64,000 nucleotides of DNA. It comes from an uncultured Candidatus Saccharibacteria bacterium (GTDB lineage Bacteria; Patescibacteriota; Saccharimonadia; Saccharimonadales; AWTP1-31). The stretch is taken from contig CAZTPC010000001.1 of NCBI GenBank assembly GCA_964615565.1, positions 7,353-71,352 of the forward strand, read 5' to 3'. The translations under genes and the position numbers were made by a program. The notes beneath the pieces are model-generated. The model searched no databases and was not told the origin of the DNA. It was given only the letters and a program-made list of their open reading frames with translations. Shown piece after piece: positions 10,833 through 19,784 of the stretch. Position 1 is the first letter of the stretch. The number at the start of each line of letters is the position of its first letter.

Positions 10833-11282
10833 ATGGCAAAAAAGAAAAGATTAACTAAAAAACGTCGTTTAGAGCTCATCCAGTTTGTAGAATACTTCGT
10901 TAGCGGTGGTGCTTTTTTCTGGACAGGCTACGCGGTTTTCTTTGTCTGCGACCAGATCTTTGGCCTAAATCTATGGTGGGCAAAGCTTATCGCCAACCTT
11001 AGTGGTTGGACAGTCAATTATTTACTACAACGGTACTGGGTCTTCAATGACAAGCGATTATCTAAGCACCAGACCGAAGTTACAACCCGTTACATTATCA
11101 TCACCTTGGTAAACTTTGGCCTGGATTATCTAATTATCTGGGGGCTAAAGTCTGCCGGACTCACGCCATACATCGGCCAGTTTTTATCTGCTGGGTTCTT
11201 TACCGTTTGGAATTACCTTTGGTACCGTTTTTGGGTATTCCCGCATCACAAACATCGTCATAAGCGTCACGCTACGGTGTAA
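10833..11282 (+). CDS. GtrA family protein
   Basis: Four TM segments; NY..QRYWVF and WNY..YRFWVF. Confidence 0.85.
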   Translation: MAKKKRLTKKRRLELIQFVEYFVSGGAFFWTGYAVFFVCDQIFGLNLWWAKLIANLSGWTVNYLLQRYWVFNDKRLSKHQTEVTTRYIIITLVNFGLDYLIIWGLKSAGLTPYIGQFLSAGFFTVWNYLWYRFWVFPHHKHRHKRHATV

Positions 11283-11291
11283 GATAAGCAT

Positions 11292-11753
11292 ATGGAAACT
11301 GTTCGTCCAACAAAAAAACAGCGTGAGATTCTAGAATATATCCGTTCGTTCATTGCTGAGCATGGTTACAGTCCTAGTTACCGAGAGATCATGAATGGCC
11401 TCAACTATACATCGGTGGCAACTGTATCGTTGCATGTGAATAGCCTGATCACCCGGGGGCACCTACGAAAACGAGATCGATCAGCCAGGTCAATTGAGGT
11501 TGTCGATACTGCCGACCAACCTAAAGTCACCAGCAACCAGATCACTGCTAGCCAGGAGAAGTGGCTAGTTAAGCGAGTCGAAGGGCTGTTTGTTGAGCAA
11601 GAGGGCTTGCCGCGGCCAAAAGAAAGCGATGTCGATAACTTGTACGTGCTAGTTGGGGCGCTCAAAATCTTGGGACTCGATGGTGCGGCACATTCGTTTA
11701 TACCTCGACTCACCCCGCTAAAAGACAAAACTGTAAACCCAGCAGATAAATAG
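11292..11753 (+). CDS. LexA-type DNA-binding domain protein lacking the S24 peptidase domain
   Basis: TKKQREILEYI...GYSPSYREI...SVATV..HV..L...GHL...ARSI; no Ala-Gly site or Ser/Lys dyad. Confidence 0.8.
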   Translation: METVRPTKKQREILEYIRSFIAEHGYSPSYREIMNGLNYTSVATVSLHVNSLITRGHLRKRDRSARSIEVVDTADQPKVTSNQITASQEKWLVKRVEGLFVEQEGLPRPKESDVDNLYVLVGALKILGLDGAAHSFIPRLTPLKDKTVNPADK

Positions 11754-11763
11754 AGGTACGAAT

Positions 11764-12570
11764 ATGATCGCAATCTTGCAAGCTATAGTTCTAGGAATTA
11801 TCGAAGGTCTAACCGAGTTTCTGCCTATCTCCAGTACTGGTCACTTAGTGGTTGCCGAGCGCGTACTAGGGTATAAGGACGCTGCTGAGCTGTTCACCGT
11901 AGTTATTCAGCTTGGTGCAATTGCCGCAGTCATTTGGTACTACCGAAAAGACCTCATTGAAAAAGTACAAGGACTCTTTGGAGATAAAAAAGTTCAGCGC
12001 TTCTGGATTAACTGGATCATAGCAACAATTCCTGCAGGTATTGCAGGGGCACTATTCGCCGATCAGCTTTCACGTTTTGCCACTGTTAGGACGGTAGCTG
12101 TCTCATTGATAGTCGGTGGTGTGATAATCTGGCTCATCGAGAATTATCACAAACCACGTCCGGCTGGGGCTGCGCCAAAATTTGAATCGCTAACCACCAG
12201 ACAGGCTCTTCAAGTTGGATTTTACCAGATTGCATCATTGATCCCAGGTGTCTCACGTTCGGGTGCAACCATAATGGGAGGGTTGTTGTCTGGTGTTGAC
12301 CGAGTTACTGCCACAGCGTTTTCGTTTTACCTGAGTATGCCAATCATCATTCTTGCCAGTGCCTACAAGCTTGTGAAGGAAGGCGACAAGATTTCTCAGG
12401 TGACGGGAGGCTCGGTGGCGCTATTGGTCGGTACCGTAACGGCTTTTATCTCTGCGTTAGTTGTAGTGAAGTGGTTACTGCACTATGTGGCGCGCAATAA
12501 CTTTAAGCCATTTGCTTACTATCGGATTGGCTTTGGTTTACTTATTCTTTTGGTTCTGGCTGTTCGTTAG
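11764..12570 (+). CDS. uppP: Undecaprenyl-diphosphate phosphatase (BacA)
   Basis: EGLTEFLPISSTGHL and PGVSRSGAT signature motifs. Confidence 0.97.
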   Translation: MIAILQAIVLGIIEGLTEFLPISSTGHLVVAERVLGYKDAAELFTVVIQLGAIAAVIWYYRKDLIEKVQGLFGDKKVQRFWINWIIATIPAGIAGALFADQLSRFATVRTVAVSLIVGGVIIWLIENYHKPRPAGAAPKFESLTTRQALQVGFYQIASLIPGVSRSGATIMGGLLSGVDRVTATAFSFYLSMPIIILASAYKLVKEGDKISQVTGGSVALLVGTVTAFISALVVVKWLLHYVARNNFKPFAYYRIGFGLLILLVLAVR

Positions 12571-13606
12571 AGTCGTCGAACGAACGAGTTAGATGAGCAA
12601 CAAAGCCGATACCTCTTGCCAGGGTGGTACGTAACTCATTGGCTTTCATCGCAGCGAAGCGTTCGTGTTGATCGCGGGTTCGCGCTTGTAGGGTATGAAT
12701 ACCAGACATCTCCGAATATTCTTTAGCTGCCCATATACCCATTTGTAGACAGTCATCATCGTCTCGGAGTGAGCCTAGCCGACCAAGCCTGGTGTGCAGC
12801 AGTGTCTCGGGGTCAAGATAACAGGCAATAGGGAGAACGAGCATGTTTTCCTGGGTGAGGAGCCGTACGGTTCCCGGTTGAATAGCGGCCTGACTTTCGG
12901 CGAACACTCGGTCGCGCCAGTGAATCTTGTAGTTGGTTGATCCGCCCGTACCTAATGTAATAATCTTACCGCCAGCTTGTATGCCACGCTCTAACGCACT
13001 TAGTGAGGCACCATTAAAGTCACTTTGCAGGTCTTTATCGAACTTATCACCAGACTTACTACGCGGCAGACTAAATAGAATGTTGGCGATCGCTCGAGCA
13101 ACATCGGGAACAGGAGTTCCTTCATAGGCATACCAGTTGAGAGCCTTAGCTAATAATAAGTAACGGTCGGCGGCGTTATCGGTGCCGTATTTCCGGCTCA
13201 AACCTAGAGCGAGCTGAGCAGTGGGTAAGGCGATATCATGTACCTGCGAGTGTGTTGGAATGGCAAAGGCAACGTTATACTTTTCGGTTAATGCCTCATG
13301 TAGTTCATCAATTGTTGATTCGTTAGTCTCGATAAACTCATCGGTTCTCGCAAGCAAGTTGGCAGAAAGCTTATCCCCAATGGTTCTAAAAACAAATTCC
13401 AGAGGGACTGGCGTGGCCTCTGTTAAGTGACAGTCCACATGTTGTGATGGATAGGCATTTATGTCGGTTGGAAGCTGGGTGAATATCGATCCTTCACCGG
13501 TATGCTTAGTAGCACCCTCAAAACAGGCTTCATACATTTCCAAGGTTTCAACAGGGTACTCCTCTGCCAGGCTTCTTGGGTAAGGCTCTTCTAAAACAGT
13601 AGACAC
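12542..13606 (-). CDS. Hypothetical protein, possible HX4D acyltransferase-like fold
   Basis: Long ORF; likely GTG start at 13606 after TAGAAT; HSQVHD motif. Confidence 0.55.
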   Translation of the reverse strand: MSTVLEEPYPRSLAEEYPVETLEMYEACFEGATKHTGEGSIFTQLPTDINAYPSQHVDCHLTEATPVPLEFVFRTIGDKLSANLLARTDEFIETNESTIDELHEALTEKYNVAFAIPTHSQVHDIALPTAQLALGLSRKYGTDNAADRYLLLAKALNWYAYEGTPVPDVARAIANILFSLPRSKSGDKFDKDLQSDFNGASLSALERGIQAGGKIITLGTGGSTNYKIHWRDRVFAESQAAIQPGTVRLLTQENMLVLPIACYLDPETLLHTRLGRLGSLRDDDDCLQMGIWAAKEYSEMSGIHTLQARTRDQHERFAAMKANELRTTLARGIGFVAHLTRSFDDSNEQPEPKE

Positions 13607-13624
13607 AATGCTGCAAATTCTACA

Positions 13625-13654
13625 TTGAAACTGCTCTTCTACCAAAAGCATAAT
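13625..13654 (+). promoter_or_regulatory. Sigma70-type promoter for the riboswitch leader
   Basis: TTGAAA-18 nt-CATAAT directly upstream of riboswitch P1. Confidence 0.55.
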
Positions 13655-13660
13655 GATGAC

Positions 13661-13798
13661 ATACTAAGGTTAATTAACAACTTATTGGTGGAATCACGTG
13701 TGAATCGTGAACTGTGCCGCAACTGTAATCCTGCAAAAGCAGGGGAGTCAGGAACACCGTATAACGCATTGTCCCCGAGCAGGATGAGCGGCTTTTTT
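13661..13798 (+). ncRNA. Cobalamin (B12) riboswitch with terminator-type expression platform
   Basis: GGTGGAA-TCACG-TGTGAAT-CGTGA-ACTGTGCCGCAACTGTAA, hairpin CCTGC/GCAGG, B12 box GAGTCAGGA, closing CACC-GTAT; then hairpin 13766-13790 and T6. Confidence 0.88.
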
Positions 13799-13869
13799 GC
13801 CCCTTGACCCTCGGATCGATCAGGAGGGTACATGAGTCGCGCAACTCTTGCAGTAAACAAACAACAACA

Positions 13870-15576
13870 ATGAGCTCCCAGAGAGATGGGTTAGAGCTTC
13901 TTGGCTCACCGGAGGTGGTGACTGACATTCGAGTTAATGCTCGATTTGGTATTCCAGTTACGCAGAATCCAGCAGCTGTTGAGAGGCACCGCAGAGGACA
14001 ACTTGAGCTCGTTGATAGTGTTGTGGTACAAGGCGACTTTCCTTGGTTTGGCCCTGATGAAGTAGAAGAAGACGCTGCGCCCGACGTTGATCCTGTCGAG
14101 AGAATGGTCGACGACCTTCTACCATTACATAGTAAAGAAGCTCTAACGCCCGACGCACAGATCAAGGACGAGACGAAAAGGATTGAGGTGTATGGTAGGA
14201 GTCTGCGGGGAATTAAAGCGGCCGGAAGAGTTGCCCTGGAAGGAGCCGAGTTGAGCGCGAATCCTGAGGTCAAACGACTGCGCCAAGAGTTCGATAGCGC
14301 TATTGGAGAGATGTTCAAGACGGCTCCCGGGATTGGTGAATACGTCACCATGGAACGCTCCGAAAGATACACAGTAAAAGATGGAAAAGTTATGGCCGAT
14401 GCCGATGATCCTATGGAAGATGTCATTCAGCGTGGCATAGACTGCTCCCGTGAGGTATCAGAAACTTCAAATCCTGCTATGGGAGTACAGGTTCAGCGCG
14501 ATATCGCCGACCTCCAGCTGCTTCTGGAAGAAGTAGAACCGATGTTCGACATCGATCATCCAGCAGATTACAACACGGTATTTGCGGTAAGTGCTTACCC
14601 CGAAGATGGTGTTGAATTGTATGGCAAACAGTTCTGGAAAGAGCTAGGATATAATACCGAATTCGAATGTGCTATGTTGCAGATGTATCACAAGACTAGC
14701 GAAAACCAGGTAGTTACTCGAACCTTATCAATCGACAGAAGTAACATGGATAGGCTAGTAGCTATGATTGAGCGACATGGGGGCACGGTGCCAGCTGATT
14801 GCACGGTTGCAGATCTAATTACTCACCCGATCACCAGGAGTATGACCTACGAACAGGCTTCTCAGTTTATGGACGACTTAGTTGCCGACTATGAGCGCGA
14901 CGCCGGTTTGCCGCCAAAGCTCGCCACTACCGAGCGGCTTATTGCTCGGCATTATGCACTACGGGATCGTGCGTTTAACGATCTGTATCTTGAGGTTGCA
15001 AAATCATCTGCTGATGGCAAAAAGACAATCAAGCTCACAGACTTTATTGCTAGTATTCGTCCTGCAGTTAAGCATATGGATGCTGTTTATCAGCAAAAGC
15101 TCCAAGAGATAACCAGGAGCAGTACTTTTGATGACAACGCTACGCGTCTGATGCATGGCATGGTACTGTATTCGGTTGCTGAAACAGTGAGAGGTACGAT
15201 TGCTGCAAGTCTAAACAAACGATTCAGGGGTAAGAAAAAGCCACTAACTACAGAGACGCTATTCAGTGGAGTGAATCTTCGGCAGGACGAACGAGGCTTT
15301 ATGGAACAGCTCATTTTCAACCTAGCACAAGGCATAAAGCTAGGTATTTCTTACGGAGGTTGTGGCGCGCTCTTCGACTTTGGCCAACTGATGGCCTTGC
15401 AACAAGCATTTGGCGGCGGTGAGCAGAAGCTAAAGAACGACGACGAAGATGCTGGAGACGGATTGGGCCCAATCGAATTTATGTGCAAAAAGAATCACCG
15501 TTGCCGTCGGCCGTTTGGCGCCCTGCTCAAGAAGTGCCGGAAGTGCAAGGATAACGGCGAAAGCGTAGGCTGTTAA
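13870..15576 (+). CDS. Hypothetical protein, 568 aa, C-terminal Cys/His metal-binding motif
   Basis: Long ORF; tail FMCKKNHRC...KKCRKC...VGC; no TM segment or signal peptide seen. Confidence 0.8.
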   Translation: MSSQRDGLELLGSPEVVTDIRVNARFGIPVTQNPAAVERHRRGQLELVDSVVVQGDFPWFGPDEVEEDAAPDVDPVERMVDDLLPLHSKEALTPDAQIKDETKRIEVYGRSLRGIKAAGRVALEGAELSANPEVKRLRQEFDSAIGEMFKTAPGIGEYVTMERSERYTVKDGKVMADADDPMEDVIQRGIDCSREVSETSNPAMGVQVQRDIADLQLLLEEVEPMFDIDHPADYNTVFAVSAYPEDGVELYGKQFWKELGYNTEFECAMLQMYHKTSENQVVTRTLSIDRSNMDRLVAMIERHGGTVPADCTVADLITHPITRSMTYEQASQFMDDLVADYERDAGLPPKLATTERLIARHYALRDRAFNDLYLEVAKSSADGKKTIKLTDFIASIRPAVKHMDAVYQQKLQEITRSSTFDDNATRLMHGMVLYSVAETVRGTIAASLNKRFRGKKKPLTTETLFSGVNLRQDERGFMEQLIFNLAQGIKLGISYGGCGALFDFGQLMALQQAFGGGEQKLKNDDEDAGDGLGPIEFMCKKNHRCRRPFGALLKKCRKCKDNGESVGC

Positions 15577-15577
15577 T

Positions 15578-15742
15578 ATGGCTGACGATTACGACCCGTA
15601 CCAGGAAATGGTCGACCAACGTTCACCTGAGTTGTTCTGTGATAGCTGTGGCCATTATCCAATCGAACCAGTCCATGGACACTTTATGTGCCCAGAATGC
15701 CATATGCCTACCAAATGCTGCGAAGGTGCTCCAGCCGATTAA
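15578..15742 (+). CDS. Small Cys-rich zinc-ribbon protein, 54 aa (absent from ORF track)
   Basis: MADDYDPYQEMVDQRSPELFCDSCGHYPIEPVHGHFMCPECHMPTKCCEGAPAD; starts 1 nt after the upstream stop. Confidence 0.75.
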   Translation: MADDYDPYQEMVDQRSPELFCDSCGHYPIEPVHGHFMCPECHMPTKCCEGAPAD

Positions 15743-15759
15743 TAAGCTATACTGCTTCC

Positions 15760-16365
15760 ATGAAGCGGATCGGCGTATTAAGCGGGACATTTGACCCAGT
15801 ACATAAGGGGCACATTGCTTTTGCATTACTTGCGATCGATAAAGCGGACCTTGACATGGTCTATTTTGCGCCAGAAGTTAAGCCACGTCGGAAGCCACAG
15901 GTAACGCATTTTGCGCATCGTGTTGCAATGCTTAAGCTGGCGACTCGGCCATATAAACAACTCGGTGTTCTAGAGCTGCCGGATAGGTACTTTTTGGCAC
16001 GCACTACATTACCAAAGCTACAGCAGAAGTTTCCCGGTTGCCAGATTCACCTACTGTTAGGATCTGATCTGTTTGAGCATATGCCGACCTGGCCAAATGT
16101 AGAATTGATGATTAGCAAAGTAGGCCTGGTGGTTGGCGCACGTGGCACATACGAAGTGTCAGAAGCACTAGTAAAACTACCAAGCCTGCCAACGCAACCA
16201 CTAGAGTTCCATGTGCTGGACAGTGTAGAGCGCCAGACATCATCTGCAAGTATTCGTCAGCAGTTGATAGACGGAAAATCTACTGATCAGATTGTGCCCA
16301 GCGTTTCTAAATACGCTCGCGACAACTGGTTGTATCATGATATCTCTAAAGCCAAAAAGGGTTAG
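15760..16365 (+). CDS. nadD: Nicotinate-nucleotide adenylyltransferase
   Basis: GTFDPVHKGH, LLGSD..W and SSASIR motifs; start ATG 15760 after TATACT. Confidence 0.88.
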   Translation: MKRIGVLSGTFDPVHKGHIAFALLAIDKADLDMVYFAPEVKPRRKPQVTHFAHRVAMLKLATRPYKQLGVLELPDRYFLARTTLPKLQQKFPGCQIHLLLGSDLFEHMPTWPNVELMISKVGLVVGARGTYEVSEALVKLPSLPTQPLEFHVLDSVERQTSSASIRQQLIDGKSTDQIVPSVSKYARDNWLYHDISKAKKG

Positions 16366-18065
16366 GCAGTATCGTCGGTAACTTCCAGTGTTTCGAAATG
16401 AGACTGCAAGTATACTAAATGTTTTTCACGGAAGTGTTTAAATTCTGTTTTGTTAAAACCATTTTTCTTAATAAAGGTGCTGATTTTCTCGCTACCAATA
16501 TAGTGCGGCATCATTACATACGCTGCGCCTTCGCCGTACAGTTCTGAAGCGTGCTCGGCACTATCTGCAGAACAGACAAACACTGCTTTGGGATTGTGTG
16601 TGCTAAGCCAATGGGACAGAAACATATTACTTTCAATATCACTCATAGTAGAGATAATAAGCTTGCTCTTCGACAAGTTAAGCTCGTCAAGTAGTTCCGG
16701 GTCTGTCGCATCTCCATACAGATATGGGATCTGCTGGTGCTCAAGTGATTCAATGTTTTCTGGGTCGTAGTCGACCACGATGTACTTCTTGCCCATGCCT
16801 TTGAAGGTCTTTAGGAACTCGTGACCGCCTTTGCGATAACCAAACAAGACAATGGGGTGGGTCGGAAGATTCTTATTATCGGATTTAGTAACGTGTCGTT
16901 CGAATAATCGTAGATGAGGCTCGAGAGTAGTAAACAGTGTGTTGTCATACTTAATTAAGTAGGTAGATACTGCGAAAGTTATAAGGGCCGTCAGAGTAAG
17001 GGCGGCGGACGCTTGCTCACTCACAAAGCCAGAACTTTTGGCGGCTACCAGAAATACTAACGAGAACTCACTAACCTGACTCATAGCCACCGCAGCCTTA
17101 AAGCTAGCGCGCTTAGTGTAGCCCAATCCACCCATAGTAATAAGTACACTGAGTGGCTTGATTATTATTACTACCAAAGTAAGTGCCGCGGCTTGCCCGA
17201 CAACTCCAGTTAATTGACCTGGTGACATACTTTGACCGAGAGTTATAAAGAATATTACTAAGAAGAAGTCGCGAAGGGGTTTAAGTCGTGATGCCATTTC
17301 GCTGCTATACGGGAAGCTGGCCAGACTAACACCGGCAAACAAGGCGCCTATCTCAATAGAGAAGCCAGCTTCTTTGAATAGAAGTGCCAGCCCTAGCCCC
17401 CAGCCGAGGGAGAATAGCAACATTAGTTCCTTGCTGTGCTCAAGAGTCTTACTAAGGGCCGGGATGATGATTTTAACAAACAAATACATACCACCCATCA
17501 GTACGGTACCCCGCAGCCCGAGCGTAATTAATGTCTGCATAGTGTCGCCTTCGCCAGATTTTGCGGCTAGGCCAATCTTGGCAACCGTTGCAACGACATC
17601 TTGCAACAACAGAACACCGATGGCGATCTGTGCGTACAGGCGGCCAGTCTCCTTTTTGTCGTTTAATAGCTTAACGATGATAATCGTACTGCTCATCGCG
17701 AGCCCCAGACCTAGGACGGCTGATTCGGTGCGTCCATACCCGAGTAGTTGTGACACTGCATACCCGACTGCCGTTACCGAGCCAATCTGAAAGATAGTAG
17801 TTATAGCTGCCGGTTTGCCTACACGGCGAACCGCCTTTACGCTAAGATCGAGACCGATGATAAACAACAACAGGGCCACACCCATGTCTGATAGCCCGGC
17901 AAAAGAGGCATCTGCATGGATGAGTTTGAGTAACGAAGGACCGGCAATAATACCGGTGATAATATGACCGATAATAAGCGGCTGTTTTAACAGTCGCATA
18001 ACAAGTGCTACTAGCGATGCTAGTGCTATTACAAGACTAACTTCCGTAAAGACAGAACTATGCAC
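16362..18065 (-). CDS. Cation:proton antiporter (CPA2, KefB/KefC-like) with TrkA-N domain
   Basis: LLFIIGL, SSTIII, LLQD, FF..LG and SQVSEFS motifs; C-terminal YGDATD. Confidence 0.92.
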   Translation of the reverse strand: MHSSVFTEVSLVIALASLVALVMRLLKQPLIIGHIITGIIAGPSLLKLIHADASFAGLSDMGVALLLFIIGLDLSVKAVRRVGKPAAITTIFQIGSVTAVGYAVSQLLGYGRTESAVLGLGLAMSSTIIIVKLLNDKKETGRLYAQIAIGVLLLQDVVATVAKIGLAAKSGEGDTMQTLITLGLRGTVLMGGMYLFVKIIIPALSKTLEHSKELMLLFSLGWGLGLALLFKEAGFSIEIGALFAGVSLASFPYSSEMASRLKPLRDFFLVIFFITLGQSMSPGQLTGVVGQAAALTLVVIIIKPLSVLITMGGLGYTKRASFKAAVAMSQVSEFSLVFLVAAKSSGFVSEQASAALTLTALITFAVSTYLIKYDNTLFTTLEPHLRLFERHVTKSDNKNLPTHPIVLFGYRKGGHEFLKTFKGMGKKYIVVDYDPENIESLEHQQIPYLYGDATDPELLDELNLSKSKLIISTMSDIESNMFLSHWLSTHNPKAVFVCSADSAEHASELYGEGAAYVMMPHYIGSEKISTFIKKNGFNKTEFKHFREKHLVYLQSHFETLEVTDDTA

Positions 18066-18090
18066 GGGCGGCCCTTATTATACTTACGTC

Positions 18091-18315
18091 TTAACGTTTT
18101 TTTGATGGCTTAATTGCTGCTCCAAGCAGTACTCCGCCGAGTACTAGCAGTGCTGCACCGAAACCAATCAATAGTAGTTTGATGTTGTCGCGGTTTTGGA
18201 TGTTACCCAAGGTTACAACGGCAACACCGGCGAATAGCACGGCAGCGCCAGCAGTAGTTGGACTTACTTCATTAGAAACAGTTTTTTTGGTTTTTTTTAC
18301 TTTCTTGGCAGGCAT
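18091..18315 (-). CDS. Small two-TM membrane protein
   Basis: Lys-rich N-terminus and two hydrophobic helices; AAGGA upstream of ATG 18315. Confidence 0.6.
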   Translation of the reverse strand: MPAKKVKKTKKTVSNEVSPTTAGAAVLFAGVAVVTLGNIQNRDNIKLLLIGFGAALLVLGGVLLGAAIKPSKKR

Positions 18316-18616
18316 GTTTTTTCCTTTTGGTTTTTTATACTTACGGCCAGTATACAAAAAATAGTTGACACGAGCAACATGCTTATGGCAAAATCATGTC
18401 ATTCTTTGAGAGCAGCACGTAAAAGAACAAAAAGTGTTTTAAAAGCTCCAAGAAAAACAAAAATATAACTAAATAAAATGCCAGACAATTTTGAGACGAT
18501 TGTTCACGGCCAAGAGGTGAGGAGAGGGATATGAGTATTAAAATAAAAACATTTAGTCGGGGTTACAAAGTGGAAGTACGAGTTAAGAAAGCCAGCTGGC
18601 AACAGTTTTTGCAGTA

Positions 18617-19195
18617 TTAGTTTCGGTCTTGGCGCCGTTTTCGAGCTCTGGTAAGCGTGTGTGCTTTTCCAACTGGGTTGAGTACGGTTGCTCCAGCTAA
18701 TGACAAATCATCGGCGGAATAGGGTGCAAGATGCAAATCTCTATCTCCTATTGGGCTGAACGTTACATTGCCGAGATCAACAAAACCTTTTATCCACGTA
18801 TGTTGTCCAGCTCCTTCGGTGAATTGACACATACCATGGTCTACAAGATCGCGCACGCCTTTAGATACGACACCTTTTGCCCTTTCTTTGTCTGAGTATC
18901 CATATACTTCTTGAACATGCTTCCATAGTTCCCTCGTGTCGATAGGTTCTGGAGGCGATTGAATAAGTATCGATAGGATTCGTGCAGTAGGGAATAGTAG
19001 AATATCGCGTACTCCTGTATTACCGCGCGCTCCAGTTACTACAGGTTCACTAGGATCAAACACTGCATAGTATGGTTCATGGTTCTCTGCATACGCAGCG
19101 CGAGCAATAGCGGCATTGCGTGTGCCGACTAGTTCGAGATCTACCTCTCCGACGCCCATAAACGGCGCCCACTCTGGTGTACCAAAGTTTGACAT
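18617..19195 (-). CDS. Hypothetical protein
   Basis: 192-aa ORF; possible winged-helix-like middle region. Confidence 0.55.
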   Translation of the reverse strand: MSNFGTPEWAPFMGVGEVDLELVGTRNAAIARAAYAENHEPYYAVFDPSEPVVTGARGNTGVRDILLFPTARILSILIQSPPEPIDTRELWKHVQEVYGYSDKERAKGVVSKGVRDLVDHGMCQFTEGAGQHTWIKGFVDLGNVTFSPIGDRDLHLAPYSADDLSLAGATVLNPVGKAHTLTRARKRRQDRN

Positions 19196-19229
19196 CCGTA
19201 TACTTTAACATCATAATTATACTTTTGCA

Positions 19230-19739
19230 ATGGCGTCACCAGATACAAACAGCAGAATTCTCGTCGATCCAGAGAAAGTCAGGGAGGCTTTTGAATACGT
19301 AAAAGCCACGCCTTTCGATACGTTTAGGGCGGAGGAGCTAGCGGCCATCGGTGTAGATAACCCTCTATTAGAACAAGATGTTATGGCAATGTTTAGCGGT
19401 GTAATCCATATGGGCAGAGACGCGGCTTATCGTATGATGACAGGCCAGCTAGCAGCGCACCATCTTCTTAAAGCCTGTACTGAAGGGCCGATGCCTAAGA
19501 TTACAGATGACCAAATAAGGGATCTAGGTGACGCTGTTACTCAGTTCCCGCATAGTCCAAAGTGGTTAAGTGACGAAGATAGAGAACTGATTGAACCGGC
19601 AATATCACAAATATTTAGAGCTCGCTTTAATGTTTCGCCGACACTCACAGAGTTGAGTAGTGGTTTATCGCATCGGCAAAGCAGAGAAGGCATGCACTGG
19701 ATGCTCATGCTCTTCAAGCCATATATAGTCGAACTGTAA
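19230..19739 (+). CDS. Hypothetical protein
   Basis: 169-aa ORF preceded by TATACT. Confidence 0.6.
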   Translation: MASPDTNSRILVDPEKVREAFEYVKATPFDTFRAEELAAIGVDNPLLEQDVMAMFSGVIHMGRDAAYRMMTGQLAAHHLLKACTEGPMPKITDDQIRDLGDAVTQFPHSPKWLSDEDRELIEPAISQIFRARFNVSPTLTELSSGLSHRQSREGMHWMLMLFKPYIVEL

Positions 19740-19784
19740 TTGCTTGTCCTTGCATCTGTTCCTAGCCAGCGTTAATGTGGCGTA

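Noticed and set aside
13674-14426. 250-aa minus-strand ORF and other short antisense ORFs in the track
   Set aside because: They shadow well-supported genes on the opposite strand or frame and have no protein motifs.
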